Below are positions 20,433 through 30,671 of a DNA stretch of 64,000 bases, in pieces. The stretch's first letter is position 1, and each line of letters begins with the position of its first letter. The stretch lies in assembly GCA_012729225.1 (NCBI GenBank), contig JAAYDO010000177.1, forward strand, positions 32,535-96,534, written 5' to 3'. Made by a program: the position numbers and the translations under genes. This stretch comes from Bacteroidales bacterium. Its GTDB lineage: Bacteria > Bacteroidota > Bacteroidia > Bacteroidales > Bacteroidaceae. The notes under the pieces were generated by a model that saw only the letters and a program-made list of their open reading frames with translations, was not told the DNA's origin and ran no database searches.

Positions 20433-21281
20433 ATGAAAAAAGGACTGGTGCTGGAAGGTGGAGGCATGAGAGCCCTCTTCACCGAAGGTTTTTTAGATGT
20501 GATGCTGGAGAATGGGGTCAAGGTGGACGGCATGATGTGCGTGTCGGGCAGTGCCTTGTTTGGCTGCAACTACAAATCCCACCAAGTGGGACGAGGATTG
20601 CGGTATAACATCCGTTTCAAGAATGACCCTCGATACATGGGATGGAAGAGTTTTGTGAGGACGGGTAATATCGTGGGGGCAGAGTTTGCTTATCACACCA
20701 TGCCAATGGAACTGGATGTGTTTGACACCAAGACTTTTGCCGACGACCCAACAGAGTTCCACATGGTATGCACTGACATTGAGACAGGAGATCCCGTATA
20801 TCGGCAGATAGAGTATGTGGACGACCCTATGCTGGAGTGGTTCAGAGCCACCAGTGCCATGCCTGTTGTATCTACTCCTGTGGAAATTGATGGAAAGAAG
20901 ATGCTGGATGGAGGTATCGTGGATTGCATTCCACTGAAATATTTTCAGGAAATAGGCTATGAACGAAACATTGTGATCATGACACGCCCTGTGGAATACA
21001 TGAAGAAACCGACCCAAATAGGGTGGCTCTTCAAACTATGGTATCGCAAATACCCTCATGTGGCAGAGGCGATGGCAAGAAGGCACAAGGTGTATAATCA
21101 TCAGCGTGAATACATAAAAGAGCAAGGAGACTTAGGTCATACCTTGCTCGTGTATCCTGACTTCCCGCTGAAAATAGGAAGAACGGAACTGGATGAGAAC
21201 AAACTCAGAGCAATCTATGAGCATGGCAGGGAGAAGGGACTCAAGATGCTCGATGAGATCAGGGATTTTCTCAACAAATAG
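20433..21281 (+). CDS. Patatin family protein (cytoplasmic, YjjU-like) with a non-canonical nucleophile elbow
   Basis: LEGGGMRALF oxyanion motif and LDGGIVDCIPL Asp motif. The expected GxSxG reads CVSGS. Confidence 0.75.
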   Translation: MKKGLVLEGGGMRALFTEGFLDVMLENGVKVDGMMCVSGSALFGCNYKSHQVGRGLRYNIRFKNDPRYMGWKSFVRTGNIVGAEFAYHTMPMELDVFDTKTFADDPTEFHMVCTDIETGDPVYRQIEYVDDPMLEWFRATSAMPVVSTPVEIDGKKMLDGGIVDCIPLKYFQEIGYERNIVIMTRPVEYMKKPTQIGWLFKLWYRKYPHVAEAMARRHKVYNHQREYIKEQGDLGHTLLVYPDFPLKIGRTELDENKLRAIYEHGREKGLKMLDEIRDFLNK

Positions 21282-21285
21282 TCTT

Positions 21286-22698
21286 TTACTGCACACTAAC
21301 CTTTTTGCCATTCACCACGTATATATTACGGGGAAGGTGAGCTGAGAGGTCTTGCGTGCTCACGCTTCTGAAGAGAAGCGTGCCGCCCAAGTCATATACA
21401 TCCGCCGACTTTGGCAAAACAGCCGGGGAAGCAACAGAGGATTGATAGCCCTGCTCGCCATAATACCCCTTGACGATGGCATCTTTGAGGTCGGGTTGAT
21501 TGAAATGTGGCACAGAACGGAAATTGCCGTCGGAGAGTCCCATCCAGTGGAATGTTGCCATGTCATTTGCTTTGGCTTGCTGAACCATGTAAGTGGAGTA
21601 AGCCAGCAGGTTGTCTCGATAGGTGTTGTAGGCATCATGAGTGCTTGTGCCCCACTCTCCAATGATGACTGGAGCACCCTTCTGTACCAAATGGGTGTTG
21701 AGATCTTCCATCAGACAATCGACATGTGTCTTAGCGTCTGCAAGGTTCTTCACCTCAGGATAACTATGCACCTCGAAGATGAGATGATTCTCTACATGAT
21801 CCTGAGGCAGGCGCATCTGCTTGAGAGGATCTTTGAGGTGAGGATTCCAATTACCGCTACCATCGCAAGCCCCATAAGTGGAGACTATCAAGTTGCGCTG
21901 GGCATTGTTGCCTCCTGTGGAACGAACAGCATTGACAAAACTTTGGGCATAACTGTTGATGGCATTATAAGCAGAAGTGGCAATCTTGCTGTCATACTGA
22001 TTGGGGGCAGCGAAAGAGGCAAAGCACCAAGAATTTTTCACATCCAGCATTTCATTATAACCTTCAAAGATGAGGCGTTCATCATAATCCTTGAATTCTT
22101 CTGCAATCTGTCGCCACACAGCCTCAAAGCGTTCTTTCTGCTGTTCATAGACAGTCTCATCGGCTATGAGCCAAGCAACGTTGGAAGCACCTGTATCGTG
22201 ATGAATATTGAGGATACAATACATGCCTTGGTTCATCACACCGTCTACCACCTGACGCACACGCTTCATCCAGAGCGGATCAATCTTAGTGCCGATGAAA
22301 TCAGACGAAGGTAGCCAAGGGGTATAGACCCACTTGCCCTCAGCATTGGTATAGCCTTTCACCGAACTGAAAGTAGCCTCCATGTGGGGATACCAAGTGA
22401 CTGGCACACGCACAGCACCAAAGCCTGCCTGCTGAAGCATCTTCATGAGGGAAGGTTTGGTGAGAGGTTGTCCCCAAGCCTTCTCATAGGTGGAGACGGT
22501 GCGATTCTTGTCAGCTTCTATCCACATGTTGAGTGTGTCGCCCGAATGACTGTCGAGCGTGTTGCCGAGATTCCAACCCACACGCATATTCCTCACTGCC
22601 TCGGTGGCAGTTTCAAAATCTTCTGCTGAGACCTGCACACCACTCCAAAGGGCGAGCGTAGCCATACATATCCATACCTTCATTATTTGTCGAATCAT
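21286..22698 (-). CDS. GH5 endoglucanase/glycanase with T9SS C-terminal sorting domain
   Basis: GH5 blocks VGWNLGNTLD, FEGYNEMLD (acid/base Glu) and IIGEWGT (nucleophile Glu). C-terminus ADVYDLGGTLLFRSV...RNIYVVNGKKVSVQ resembles a type A T9SS CTD. Confidence 0.8.
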   Translation of the reverse strand: MIRQIMKVWICMATLALWSGVQVSAEDFETATEAVRNMRVGWNLGNTLDSHSGDTLNMWIEADKNRTVSTYEKAWGQPLTKPSLMKMLQQAGFGAVRVPVTWYPHMEATFSSVKGYTNAEGKWVYTPWLPSSDFIGTKIDPLWMKRVRQVVDGVMNQGMYCILNIHHDTGASNVAWLIADETVYEQQKERFEAVWRQIAEEFKDYDERLIFEGYNEMLDVKNSWCFASFAAPNQYDSKIATSAYNAINSYAQSFVNAVRSTGGNNAQRNLIVSTYGACDGSGNWNPHLKDPLKQMRLPQDHVENHLIFEVHSYPEVKNLADAKTHVDCLMEDLNTHLVQKGAPVIIGEWGTSTHDAYNTYRDNLLAYSTYMVQQAKANDMATFHWMGLSDGNFRSVPHFNQPDLKDAIVKGYYGEQGYQSSVASPAVLPKSADVYDLGGTLLFRSVSTQDLSAHLPRNIYVVNGKKVSVQ

Positions 22699-22752
22699 AT
22701 TTTGATTGTTTGTTTTTATTCACAGAATCAAAAAGCTGTCTCAGGTCTATTC

Positions 22753-23205
22753 TTAGGCAATATACACATCCGAATACGGACACACATCGTGCTTTTGTTT
22801 TAGATACCGCTCAAACTCTTCCATCACACAGCGAGTAGCAAGTTCCTCATTCTTCACCCGCCCAAAGTCTTCTCGAAGACATGTGGAATGCACATCATTC
22901 CTACTGCCCCAAGCCACCCATATCTCCACTTGATGACCTTTCCATGCCTCTGCATAGCCCGTGGAAGCCATTGCATAGTCGGTGTGGAAGAGTTCGCATG
23001 CCCCCTTCACCATCTGTTCTGCCACCTGGCGAGACACCACACCATAGGTCTCTATCATCTCATGAGGCACTCCGAGCATCCGCTCCTTTACCTCGTTTTG
23101 GTAAGCCACCAAGCCTCCTTGAAAGTACTTGCTGGCTCCACTGATTGCTGTGATGGCAGACGCTATGCGCCCACCTGTGCATGATTCTGCTGTTGATAAA
23201 GTCAT
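22753..23205 (-). CDS. CinA C-terminal domain / nicotinamide-nucleotide amidohydrolase (PncC-like)
   Basis: MTLSTAESCTGGRIASAITAISGASKYFQGGLVAYQNEVK ... GVVSRQVAEQM. Start moved to the internal ATG at 23205. Confidence 0.8.
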   Translation of the reverse strand: MTLSTAESCTGGRIASAITAISGASKYFQGGLVAYQNEVKERMLGVPHEMIETYGVVSRQVAEQMVKGACELFHTDYAMASTGYAEAWKGHQVEIWVAWGSRNDVHSTCLREDFGRVKNEELATRCVMEEFERYLKQKHDVCPYSDVYIA

Positions 23206-23439
23206 CTCTAATACGCAATAAAAAATTGAAAAGGACTTCTTGGGGCATCGGGGCAAGGTAGAACTTGTTCGAGACTATGCCGATTCATGGCAAGACAGAG
23301 CGAACGGAACGATCTCGGTTGCTATCTGTCTTGAGTGCATGAACATGGAAGTAACAATCGGAAATGTTGCGCTTTGTGGGCTTAGCATACTCACAACTCT
23401 ACCCCCTCACTACTCCGCACTCTCCATCCATTGCCGAAT

Positions 23440-24036
23440 TTAGTAGCAGGTTGCTCCATCTGCCGCATAGAAGAGTTTCTTGTATCTTTCCACACGATTC
23501 ATATAGGACTTGTACCGTTCTTGGAAATCCTTCGGGATGGTATCTCCTGTATATACTTCCTTGTATTCCTCCTCTTCTGTTTTGCGACTCTTGATGGAAA
23601 CTTGAAGGATATTGCCTTTATTGAAGTAGCAACGGCATTCATATTCCGCATCATCAGTCCATGCAGGGATGTGGGTATAGAAGAAACAGAGTGTACCCCC
23701 ATCATCAAAGAGGTATTCTTCATAGAATTTCACTGCTGAAAAGTTATATGCAACCGTGATGAAACTGAGAATGTGGAGGGGGCTCATGTCATCGTCATCC
23801 AAAGCATAATGCTTGCTATAGTACATGCGCACATCTTCTTCATGTGCTCCAGTGCCACGCAGGTTCTGCATCACACGAAGTTGAAAATACTCCTTGGGCT
23901 GGTCATCATTGTTCATAAGAACAATTTCATCCTTCTGCTTGTTATATCGCTCACGGATGTTCTGCAAGGTGTTTTGTGCAAAAGAGAACTGCACACATAC
24001 CGTCAATAAAATGACGGTTAAAATAGCCTTCTTCAT
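23440..24036 (-). CDS. Hypothetical secreted protein
   Basis: Signal peptide MKKAILTVILLTVCVQFSFAQ from the ATG at 24036. A TATCTTTG -7 box (24083-24090, minus strand) lies 46 nt upstream. No family recognised. Confidence 0.55.
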   Translation of the reverse strand: MKKAILTVILLTVCVQFSFAQNTLQNIRERYNKQKDEIVLMNNDDQPKEYFQLRVMQNLRGTGAHEEDVRMYYSKHYALDDDDMSPLHILSFITVAYNFSAVKFYEEYLFDDGGTLCFFYTHIPAWTDDAEYECRCYFNKGNILQVSIKSRKTEEEEYKEVYTGDTIPKDFQERYKSYMNRVERYKKLFYAADGATCY

Positions 24037-24137
24037 ACATTCTGTTTTTGATGTGTAACACATAGGTTTATTAATAATGTTGCAAAGATAAGAAAAAAAG
24101 AACAGAAAGAAGAATCGGACAGAAAATTATTGATTCT

Positions 24138-25052
24138 CTATTGCTTGATAGGCTCTACATGCAACATGATGTGGGTGTCCTTGCCAAACTCTGCTCGCAA
24201 GGCGTGCTCTATGTCGGTAGCATAGCGATGCGACTCCTCAAGGGTGATGTTGCCAGGCATACGAAGATGCATCTCAATAGCAATAATGTTACCTATGCGA
24301 CGAGTATGGATATGATGAATATCTCTCACAATCGAGTTGCGACAGGCAATCTCTTCAATCTTATCCTCTGTTTCCTGAGGAAGGCTCTGCTCAAGCAACT
24401 CGCCAGAGGCCTGTCGAAGTAATCGAAGAGCGGTAATAACAATCAGGATGCTAACCACCACTGCGGCAATAGGATCTAATACTGCCCACTTGTTACCCAA
24501 GAATACAGCCCCACCAATACCTATGGCAGTGCCAACAGAGGAAAGAGCATCACTACGATGATGCCAGGCATTTGCCTCTAATGCCTGAGAATCAACTTCT
24601 TTTGACACCTTCTTGGTCAATCGAAACATCCATTCCTTCATGAGGATACTTACCAATGCCGCCACAAAAGCAATCATATCAGGAGACTCAAGCACTTCGC
24701 CTTGAAAGAAGGCAATGATTTCTACAACTCCATTCCATCCCAAGATGAAAGCCACCACAATAAGAGCAAGACCGATAATGGAAGTGGCAAAGGTCTCATA
24801 TTTACCATGACCATAGTCGTGGTCGCAGTCAGCAGGCTTGCTACTGAGTTTGACCATTACAATGACCACCACATCAGTAAGAAAATCGCTCAAAGAATGG
24901 ACTGCATCTGCCACCATGGCGGCTGAATGTCCGAGAATACCTGCCAAAAACTTTGCAATGAGGAGAATAGCATTCACAATACTGCCCATCAGTGTAACTC
25001 GGCAAATACGCTGTTCGCGTTTAGCTGGTGTTGTTTTGACAGAATCTCTCAT
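24138..25052 (-). CDS. Cation diffusion facilitator (CDF) family metal efflux transporter
   Basis: HSLSDFLTDVVVIV and DHDYGHGKYE motifs, six predicted TM helices, and a C-terminal cytoplasmic domain. Confidence 0.85.
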   Translation of the reverse strand: MRDSVKTTPAKREQRICRVTLMGSIVNAILLIAKFLAGILGHSAAMVADAVHSLSDFLTDVVVIVMVKLSSKPADCDHDYGHGKYETFATSIIGLALIVVAFILGWNGVVEIIAFFQGEVLESPDMIAFVAALVSILMKEWMFRLTKKVSKEVDSQALEANAWHHRSDALSSVGTAIGIGGAVFLGNKWAVLDPIAAVVVSILIVITALRLLRQASGELLEQSLPQETEDKIEEIACRNSIVRDIHHIHTRRIGNIIAIEMHLRMPGNITLEESHRYATDIEHALRAEFGKDTHIMLHVEPIKQ

Positions 25053-25067
25053 AGTCTTTCCCTCCTA

Positions 25068-25547
25068 TTATCTTTTAGCAGAGTCTGACTTCTCTACAAA
25101 GACACCTACACTACTGATTCTCTCCAAAGGATTGAGACGCATGGCATGTGTGAGACGAACAGTGTATGATACCTGTGACTTCATGCGAAGGGGGTGGCGA
25201 GGAGAATAGCACTCATGATACATGAAATCAGAATGTGTCTGTCGGGTATTATCGCTGATCAACACATCCAAGGGAGCAGAGTAGATGATGGAATCACCTT
25301 CAAGGAGGTCAATGCACATAACAACATCCTTGTACTTGAATGACGATGAAGTTCGAAGAGCAAGCGTAAAAAAGACATCAAGGTCTTCTTCTGAAGGAGG
25401 AATAGAGAAGGAGATGGTATCTTGATTGTCCCACCTCTGCTGTGGAAGATCTTGAAAACTGGAATGATAAAGGTTGTCCTGACACCCTATCAGGGTGGCA
25501 AGACCAAGCATACATACATATATATATAATGTACGAACCTTTTTCAT
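25068..25547 (-). CDS. gldH: GldH-like lipoprotein
   Basis: Lipoprotein signal (LATLIGC). Pattern QRWDNQDTISFSI, LALRTSSSFKYKD, HAMRLNPLERISSVGVFVEK resembles GldH. It sits downstream of PSP1 and holB, as in other Bacteroidota. Confidence 0.65.
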   Translation of the reverse strand: MKKVRTLYIYVCMLGLATLIGCQDNLYHSSFQDLPQQRWDNQDTISFSIPPSEEDLDVFFTLALRTSSSFKYKDVVMCIDLLEGDSIIYSAPLDVLISDNTRQTHSDFMYHECYSPRHPLRMKSQVSYTVRLTHAMRLNPLERISSVGVFVEKSDSAKR

Positions 25548-25594
25548 GTATCAATCCTGTGTCTATTGCAAGTCAGGAGGATGCAGAGGCTGTT

Positions 25595-26791
25595 CTAAGC
25601 CTGTGCATCACCTTCATTGCGACTGCTTCGTCTATGACCTTTGGCATTGCTGTTTGGTCTGCCATTGCCTCTGGGATTGCCACCAGCATTACCATTCTTC
25701 CTCTTTTTGTTCTTAGGCTTTCGCTTGTTCTGGGAATCAAAACGGTTGATGCTATCTTGACTTAAGAGATCTGAAGACACTGGTTCAGACTTCTCGTTTG
25801 CATCACTATCAATGAGAGCATCAGGCTTCTGGCCGTGGCGGTTCATCTGAATAATCTCAAATGCACGACGGGCTGAGATGGTCTGTTCACCCACAAGGAA
25901 CTTCTTGTCGGTAGAGTAAGTGATCATGTGAGAGAGCACATCCGCCTTGAAGAAGAAATATTCATTATCTAAAGTATGAAGTGTTATCTCTCGTGAAGGA
26001 AGTTTCTTGAGCGACTCCATATACTGATCCACCTCATAGTTCATGCAACATTTGAGCTTAGCACATTGTCCTGCCAACTTCTGAGGATTGAGAGATATGT
26101 CCTGAAAACGAGCAGCAGCGGTGCTGACACTCACGAAGTTGGTCATCCAAGTGGAGCAACAGAGTTCACGACCACAAGGACCTATACCACCAATGCGACC
26201 TGCTTCCTGTCGTGCACCTATCTGCTTCATTTCAATACGCACGTGGAAACGGTCTGCCAAGACTTTGATAAGCTGTCGGAAATCCACTCGCTCATCTGCT
26301 ATATAATAGAAGATAGCCTTGTTGCCATCACCTTGATACTCCACATCTCCAATCTTCATCTTCAGCCCGAGGTGAAGAGCAATCTGGCGACTCTCAATCA
26401 TTGTCTCATGCTCACGCTTTCGAGCCTCCTCCCACTTTTCTATATCGGTGGGACGGGCTATACGATACACCTTCTTCAGTTCTGTGCCAGGCTTGAAGTT
26501 AGCCTTCTTCACCTGAAGAGACACGAGGCGACCTGTCATGGTGACAGTGCCAACATCATGACCTGGACTTGCCTCCACAGCCACCACATCACCTTTCTCA
26601 AGCGGAAGTTTGTTTGCATTGATGAAATAACCCTTGCGAGGAGGCTTGAACTGCACCTCAACGATGTCGCAAGCGGCCGTATTATCTGGAAGGTCTGCCA
26701 ACCAGTCGTATGTATTCAGTTTGTCTGCATGGCGGCTACATCCTTTTGAGCACATCTCACCGCAGCAGTTTCCACATTTAAATTCTGACAT
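25595..26791 (-). CDS. PSP1/RicT (YaaT-like) domain protein with a basic C-terminal tail
   Basis: PSP1 core IEMKQIGARQEAGRIGGIGPCGRELCCSTW. C-terminal NKRKPKNKKRKNGNAGGNPRGNGRPNSNAKGHRRSSRNEG. Confidence 0.85.
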   Translation of the reverse strand: MSEFKCGNCCGEMCSKGCSRHADKLNTYDWLADLPDNTAACDIVEVQFKPPRKGYFINANKLPLEKGDVVAVEASPGHDVGTVTMTGRLVSLQVKKANFKPGTELKKVYRIARPTDIEKWEEARKREHETMIESRQIALHLGLKMKIGDVEYQGDGNKAIFYYIADERVDFRQLIKVLADRFHVRIEMKQIGARQEAGRIGGIGPCGRELCCSTWMTNFVSVSTAAARFQDISLNPQKLAGQCAKLKCCMNYEVDQYMESLKKLPSREITLHTLDNEYFFFKADVLSHMITYSTDKKFLVGEQTISARRAFEIIQMNRHGQKPDALIDSDANEKSEPVSSDLLSQDSINRFDSQNKRKPKNKKRKNGNAGGNPRGNGRPNSNAKGHRRSSRNEGDAQA

Positions 26792-26820
26792 ATTTTATTG
26801 ATCTATTCTTGAGTTACAAT

Positions 26821-27912
26821 CTATCTATTTTTAATCAGCACAATCATCTTGAGCGCAAAGTCAAAGAAGACCATCTTGGCATTAGTGTTTTGCATGATGT
26901 CACGCTGTGCCAAAGAAAGCTCATTCATGATGCCAATAATATTCCTTTCATTGATGAATGGAGCGAACTTGACCGCAAACTGCGCCTCTCGCTCATTCAT
27001 GTGGTTTAGTTCAGACTGACGTCCGAAGTTGTAGATAAAGTTTTCACGTATCATCTTCTGACAATATTCCAGAAAAGCCTTGATACGTTCACGACCCATT
27101 CCTGCCACATTCTCACTCCAAAGCTTAAGTTCCTTGACCTTTCGTACATAAGCAAGGCGCATCAGTTCCACAAAAAGTTCAAAGAAATACTCACCATCCG
27201 CATCATGAGTGATGACACGAAGTGCCTGCGTCATATTGCCACTGCATGAGTTTGCAATACGTTTAGCCTCTGCTGGCAGAATGCTGTATTGATTGATGAG
27301 TGCCTGCTCCACCTCCTGATCAGACAACCTGGGTACAGTCATTATCTGAGTGCGGCTACGAATGGTCTGGAGCACCCTGTCGGGCTGTTCACTGACAAGC
27401 AGAAACACGGTCTGGGCAGGTGGTTCCTCCAGCAGTTTCAGTATCTTGTTGGCACAAGTCTCATGCATCTTTTCTGGAAGCCAGATGATCATGACCTTGT
27501 AACCTCCCTGACTCGACTTGAGACTGAGTTTGCGCAAGATAGCACTACTCTCATTGGCATAGATGATGAGTTGCTGATTGGTAGCCCCTGCCATGTCCAT
27601 CCACTCTGCCATGCCAAAATAAGGACGGGTTATCACCTGATCACGCCATTCTTTCAGAAACTCATCACAAAAGGAGTCCTTACTGCTATTCTTCTTAAAG
27701 ATAGGGAACACAAAATGCAGATCGGGGTGTTGCAGTTTCTCTGCCATAGAGCCACCGCCCAACAACATTTGTGCATAAGCCACCGCAAGTGGCAAAGCCC
27801 CATTACCTTCTGGACCACAAAGCATGAGGGCATGAGGCACTTTGCCCTGCTGATACTCTTCCAGCAGATGCTTCTTAACGGCTTCCTGTCCTATGATTTG
27901 GTCAAAGGTCAT
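26821..27912 (-). CDS. holB: DNA polymerase III subunit delta'
   Basis: MTFDQIIGQEAVKKHL...GKVPHALMLCGPEGNGALPLAVAYAQ. AAA+ clamp-loader fold pattern. 363 aa. Confidence 0.8.
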   Translation of the reverse strand: MTFDQIIGQEAVKKHLLEEYQQGKVPHALMLCGPEGNGALPLAVAYAQMLLGGGSMAEKLQHPDLHFVFPIFKKNSSKDSFCDEFLKEWRDQVITRPYFGMAEWMDMAGATNQQLIIYANESSAILRKLSLKSSQGGYKVMIIWLPEKMHETCANKILKLLEEPPAQTVFLLVSEQPDRVLQTIRSRTQIMTVPRLSDQEVEQALINQYSILPAEAKRIANSCSGNMTQALRVITHDADGEYFFELFVELMRLAYVRKVKELKLWSENVAGMGRERIKAFLEYCQKMIRENFIYNFGRQSELNHMNEREAQFAVKFAPFINERNIIGIMNELSLAQRDIMQNTNAKMVFFDFALKMIVLIKNR

Positions 27913-27956
27913 ATGTGTCTATCTCTTCTTTTCCCTATTGATATATAATAGGATGA

Positions 27957-28910
27957 TTAATAAATCTGTCGTGCAATCTCACGAATGCTGTCAGTCACTC
28001 CTAAAGAATAGAAGTGAATGCTGGGCACATGATGCTGCATGAGTTCACGACATTGGCTGACTCCCCACTCTATTCCGAGTTGCTTCACCTCAGCATCATC
28101 CTTACACTTCTCCATTTCCTTGGAGAGTGTCTCAGGCAAATCCAAGTGGAAAACCTTGGGCAACACACTGAACTGATTCAGTTTTGCCATAGGCTTGATG
28201 CCCGGAATGATAGGAATCGTGATGCCTGCCTCCCGAGCACGCTCCACAAACTGGAAGAACTTCTCATTGTCATAGAAGATTTGAGTGACAGCATAATCTG
28301 CACCCATATCCTGTTTCTGCTTGAGCACTTGAAGGTCAAACTCCAAGTTAGGGGATTCCTCATGCTTCTCTGGATAAGCAGCCACACCATAAGAGAAAGG
28401 TGTGCCAGGATTTTTGATAGGAGTGCCATCCACAAACTTGCCAGAATTGAAGAGATTAACCTGTTCTATCAATTCTGTTGCGTAGTTATAGCCATCCTTG
28501 ACAGGCATGAATCTGGCCTCATCCTTGGCTTTGTCGCCACGCAACACAAGCAAATCCTGAATACCCAGAAATTGAAGGTCGAGCAACATATACTCGATTT
28601 CCTCTTTGGTCATGCCACTCACCACCACGTGAGGCACGACCTTAATGTCATATTTTTGCATGATGGCACTTGCCACCGCCACTGTGCCCGGACGTCGGCG
28701 CACAAAGTGGCGGAGATAACTGCCATCAGGTTGCTCCACATACACATACTCACTGCGGTGAGTCGTGATGTTGATATACTCAGGGCAAAACTCCTTCAAC
28801 GCATCAATGGTGCTGAAAAGTGTTGCCGTACCTGTACCTTTCAGGGGCGGCAACACTTCGAAAGAGAATGCTGTTTTATCTGTTTTGTTGATAAGTTCTG
28901 ATACTGTCAA
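27957..28910 (-). CDS. metF: Methylenetetrahydrofolate reductase
   Basis: FSFEVLPPLKG, NITTHRSE, LVLRGD, FSYGVAAYPEKH, DYAVTQIFYD blocks. Confidence 0.9.
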   Translation of the reverse strand: MTVSELINKTDKTAFSFEVLPPLKGTGTATLFSTIDALKEFCPEYINITTHRSEYVYVEQPDGSYLRHFVRRRPGTVAVASAIMQKYDIKVVPHVVVSGMTKEEIEYMLLDLQFLGIQDLLVLRGDKAKDEARFMPVKDGYNYATELIEQVNLFNSGKFVDGTPIKNPGTPFSYGVAAYPEKHEESPNLEFDLQVLKQKQDMGADYAVTQIFYDNEKFFQFVERAREAGITIPIIPGIKPMAKLNQFSVLPKVFHLDLPETLSKEMEKCKDDAEVKQLGIEWGVSQCRELMQHHVPSIHFYSLGVTDSIREIARQIY

Positions 28911-28966
28911 TGTTATATTTGTTTTTGTGATGAACTAAAAACGAGAATCAGAAGAAGGAATGAAGA

Positions 28967-29674
28967 TTATTCCACATTACCCTTCAACTGGTAGTATGCT
29001 CCCACAAGGATAAAAAGTCCTATTGCCTGAGCAAAGAACACACCAATGCAGCAGCACAAGAAACCAAGGATTGTAATACCAAACACAGCAAAGCCCAGAC
29101 CGAGCATACTCATCGTATTGCTTTTGGTCATGTTCCACGAAGCACTGATAGACTCAAACACACCTGCCTCTGGATGATCCACCTGATAAACTGGAGCCAA
29201 CACAATGCGTGGCGTTATAAAGAAGAATGGAATGAGACATAATAAAAATGAAATAAGGATGATGAAACCTGTGATAAATCCCACAGCAATCACTTTGAGG
29301 TAAGTAGCAAGAGGAACCTTAAATGCTTCGAATGTCACTTCGTTGAAGCGACCATTCATCAGACCAAGAGCAAGATTGTACAAACCTACACTGACAATAA
29401 GATCAATAATTGCTCGGATAAAACTGCTTGCCGTTTGACTGCCCTTACCCATTAAGGGCAACGACTCTGTTACTGTATTCCAGTCTCCTCGTCCAAGGCT
29501 TTCACCAACCTCTTTGTAAACAGACGGATCAATATTTGTCTCAAAAAGACTTCCTATACCGCTTGAGATAACAGAAACGAGTAGATAGATTACTGCTACC
29601 AAAAGTCCATACTTCTTTGCATACTCCCATCCTGTGCCAATAGCACCTGATACATTTAATGAAAAATTTGCCAT
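28967..29674 (-). CDS. Hypothetical multi-pass membrane protein
   Basis: Four to five hydrophobic helices in the translation. No family recognised by eye. Confidence 0.55.
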   Translation of the reverse strand: MANFSLNVSGAIGTGWEYAKKYGLLVAVIYLLVSVISSGIGSLFETNIDPSVYKEVGESLGRGDWNTVTESLPLMGKGSQTASSFIRAIIDLIVSVGLYNLALGLMNGRFNEVTFEAFKVPLATYLKVIAVGFITGFIILISFLLCLIPFFFITPRIVLAPVYQVDHPEAGVFESISASWNMTKSNTMSMLGLGFAVFGITILGFLCCCIGVFFAQAIGLFILVGAYYQLKGNVE

Positions 29675-29731
29675 AGTTGTTGTAATAGTGTTTTTTAACG
29701 ATTAGTACATTTAGTTATCTTATCTCTTAGA

Positions 29732-30628
29732 CTACAACTGACTGTAGTTGAAAGCGAAGGTGTTGGCCTGTGACACATCGCCTGTATCAAAGCCACGCTT
29801 GAACCACTTCTTGCGCTGCTGACTTGTGCCGTGATTGAAGGACTCTGGCGTCACATAGCCCTGAGCTTTCTTCTGGAGGTAGTCATCACCTATCACCTGT
29901 GCGGTATTGAGCGCCTCATCAATATCTCCATCCTCAAGCGAGCCAAACATCGCCTGCTCGTGATAAGCCCAAATGCCTGCATAGCAGTCTGCCTGCAACT
30001 CCAGTTGCACGCTCACCTTGTTGGCTTCTTCTTGGGAGAGACGAGACATGCGCTCATGAGCCTTGCCAAGATCGCCAAGAAGATACTGCACATGGTGTCC
30101 CACCTCGTGGGCAATGACATAAGCATAAGCAAAGTCGCCATCAGCACCTAAGGAAGACTTCATGCTGGAAAAGAAGGAGAGGTCTATATACACGCTCTGG
30201 TCGGCAGAACAATAGAAAGGGCCAGTGCTGGAACTTGCGCCACCACAGCCCGAGTGTACTGAGCCACTGAAGAACACCAATGTGGGGGCTTCATAGGTCT
30301 TACCCATTTTCTGAAACTCGGCTGTCCACACATCTTCTGTACTGGCAAGCACCTTCTTGGAAAAAGTCTCCAGTTCTCGCTCTTCAGGAGTTGGCACATA
30401 ATCACCCCCGCTCTCCTCAGTCCTGCCTGTAATGACACTGGTCACATCAGCCGAATTGCCAGCTACTTGGAATGCCTGATTCAAGTCACCTGTCATGAAA
30501 TAGGTGATCAGACCTATCACGATTGCGGCACCAATGCCAAAGGCACCCTTGCCACCCATCTTAAGACCACCACCTTTGCCACGGCGGTCGTTCACATTCG
30601 AGCTTTCTCTTCTTCCGTCAAGTTTCAC
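29732..30628 (-). CDS. YpfJ-like neutral zinc metallopeptidase (probable GTG start)
   Basis: N-terminus (V)KLDGRRESSNVNDRRG resembles E. coli YpfJ MRWQGRRESDNVEDRR. TM segment, then HEVGHHVQ zinc motif. A TAACTTTG -7 box at 30664-30671 lies inside the longer ORF-track model. Confidence 0.75.
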   Translation of the reverse strand: MKLDGRRESSNVNDRRGKGGGLKMGGKGAFGIGAAIVIGLITYFMTGDLNQAFQVAGNSADVTSVITGRTEESGGDYVPTPEERELETFSKKVLASTEDVWTAEFQKMGKTYEAPTLVFFSGSVHSGCGGASSSTGPFYCSADQSVYIDLSFFSSMKSSLGADGDFAYAYVIAHEVGHHVQYLLGDLGKAHERMSRLSQEEANKVSVQLELQADCYAGIWAYHEQAMFGSLEDGDIDEALNTAQVIGDDYLQKKAQGYVTPESFNHGTSQQRKKWFKRGFDTGDVSQANTFAFNYSQL

Positions 30629-30663
30629 GATGTTTTCTTTATTTAAAGTGTACAACAAGTATG

Positions 30664-30671
30664 CAAAGTTA
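30664..30671 (-). promoter_or_regulatory. Candidate -7 box (TAACTTTG on the minus strand) for the YpfJ-like gene cluster
   Basis: TAnnTTTG match 35 nt upstream of the in-frame GTG at 30628. Confidence 0.45.

Noticed and set aside
19192-21281. Patatin-like phospholipases as effectors of a CBASS-type or other anti-phage defence system
   Set aside because: No cyclase/nucleotidyltransferase, sensor, TIR, SAVED or other defence partner is adjacent. One protein has a signal peptide. The neighbours are a GH5 and a non-coding region.
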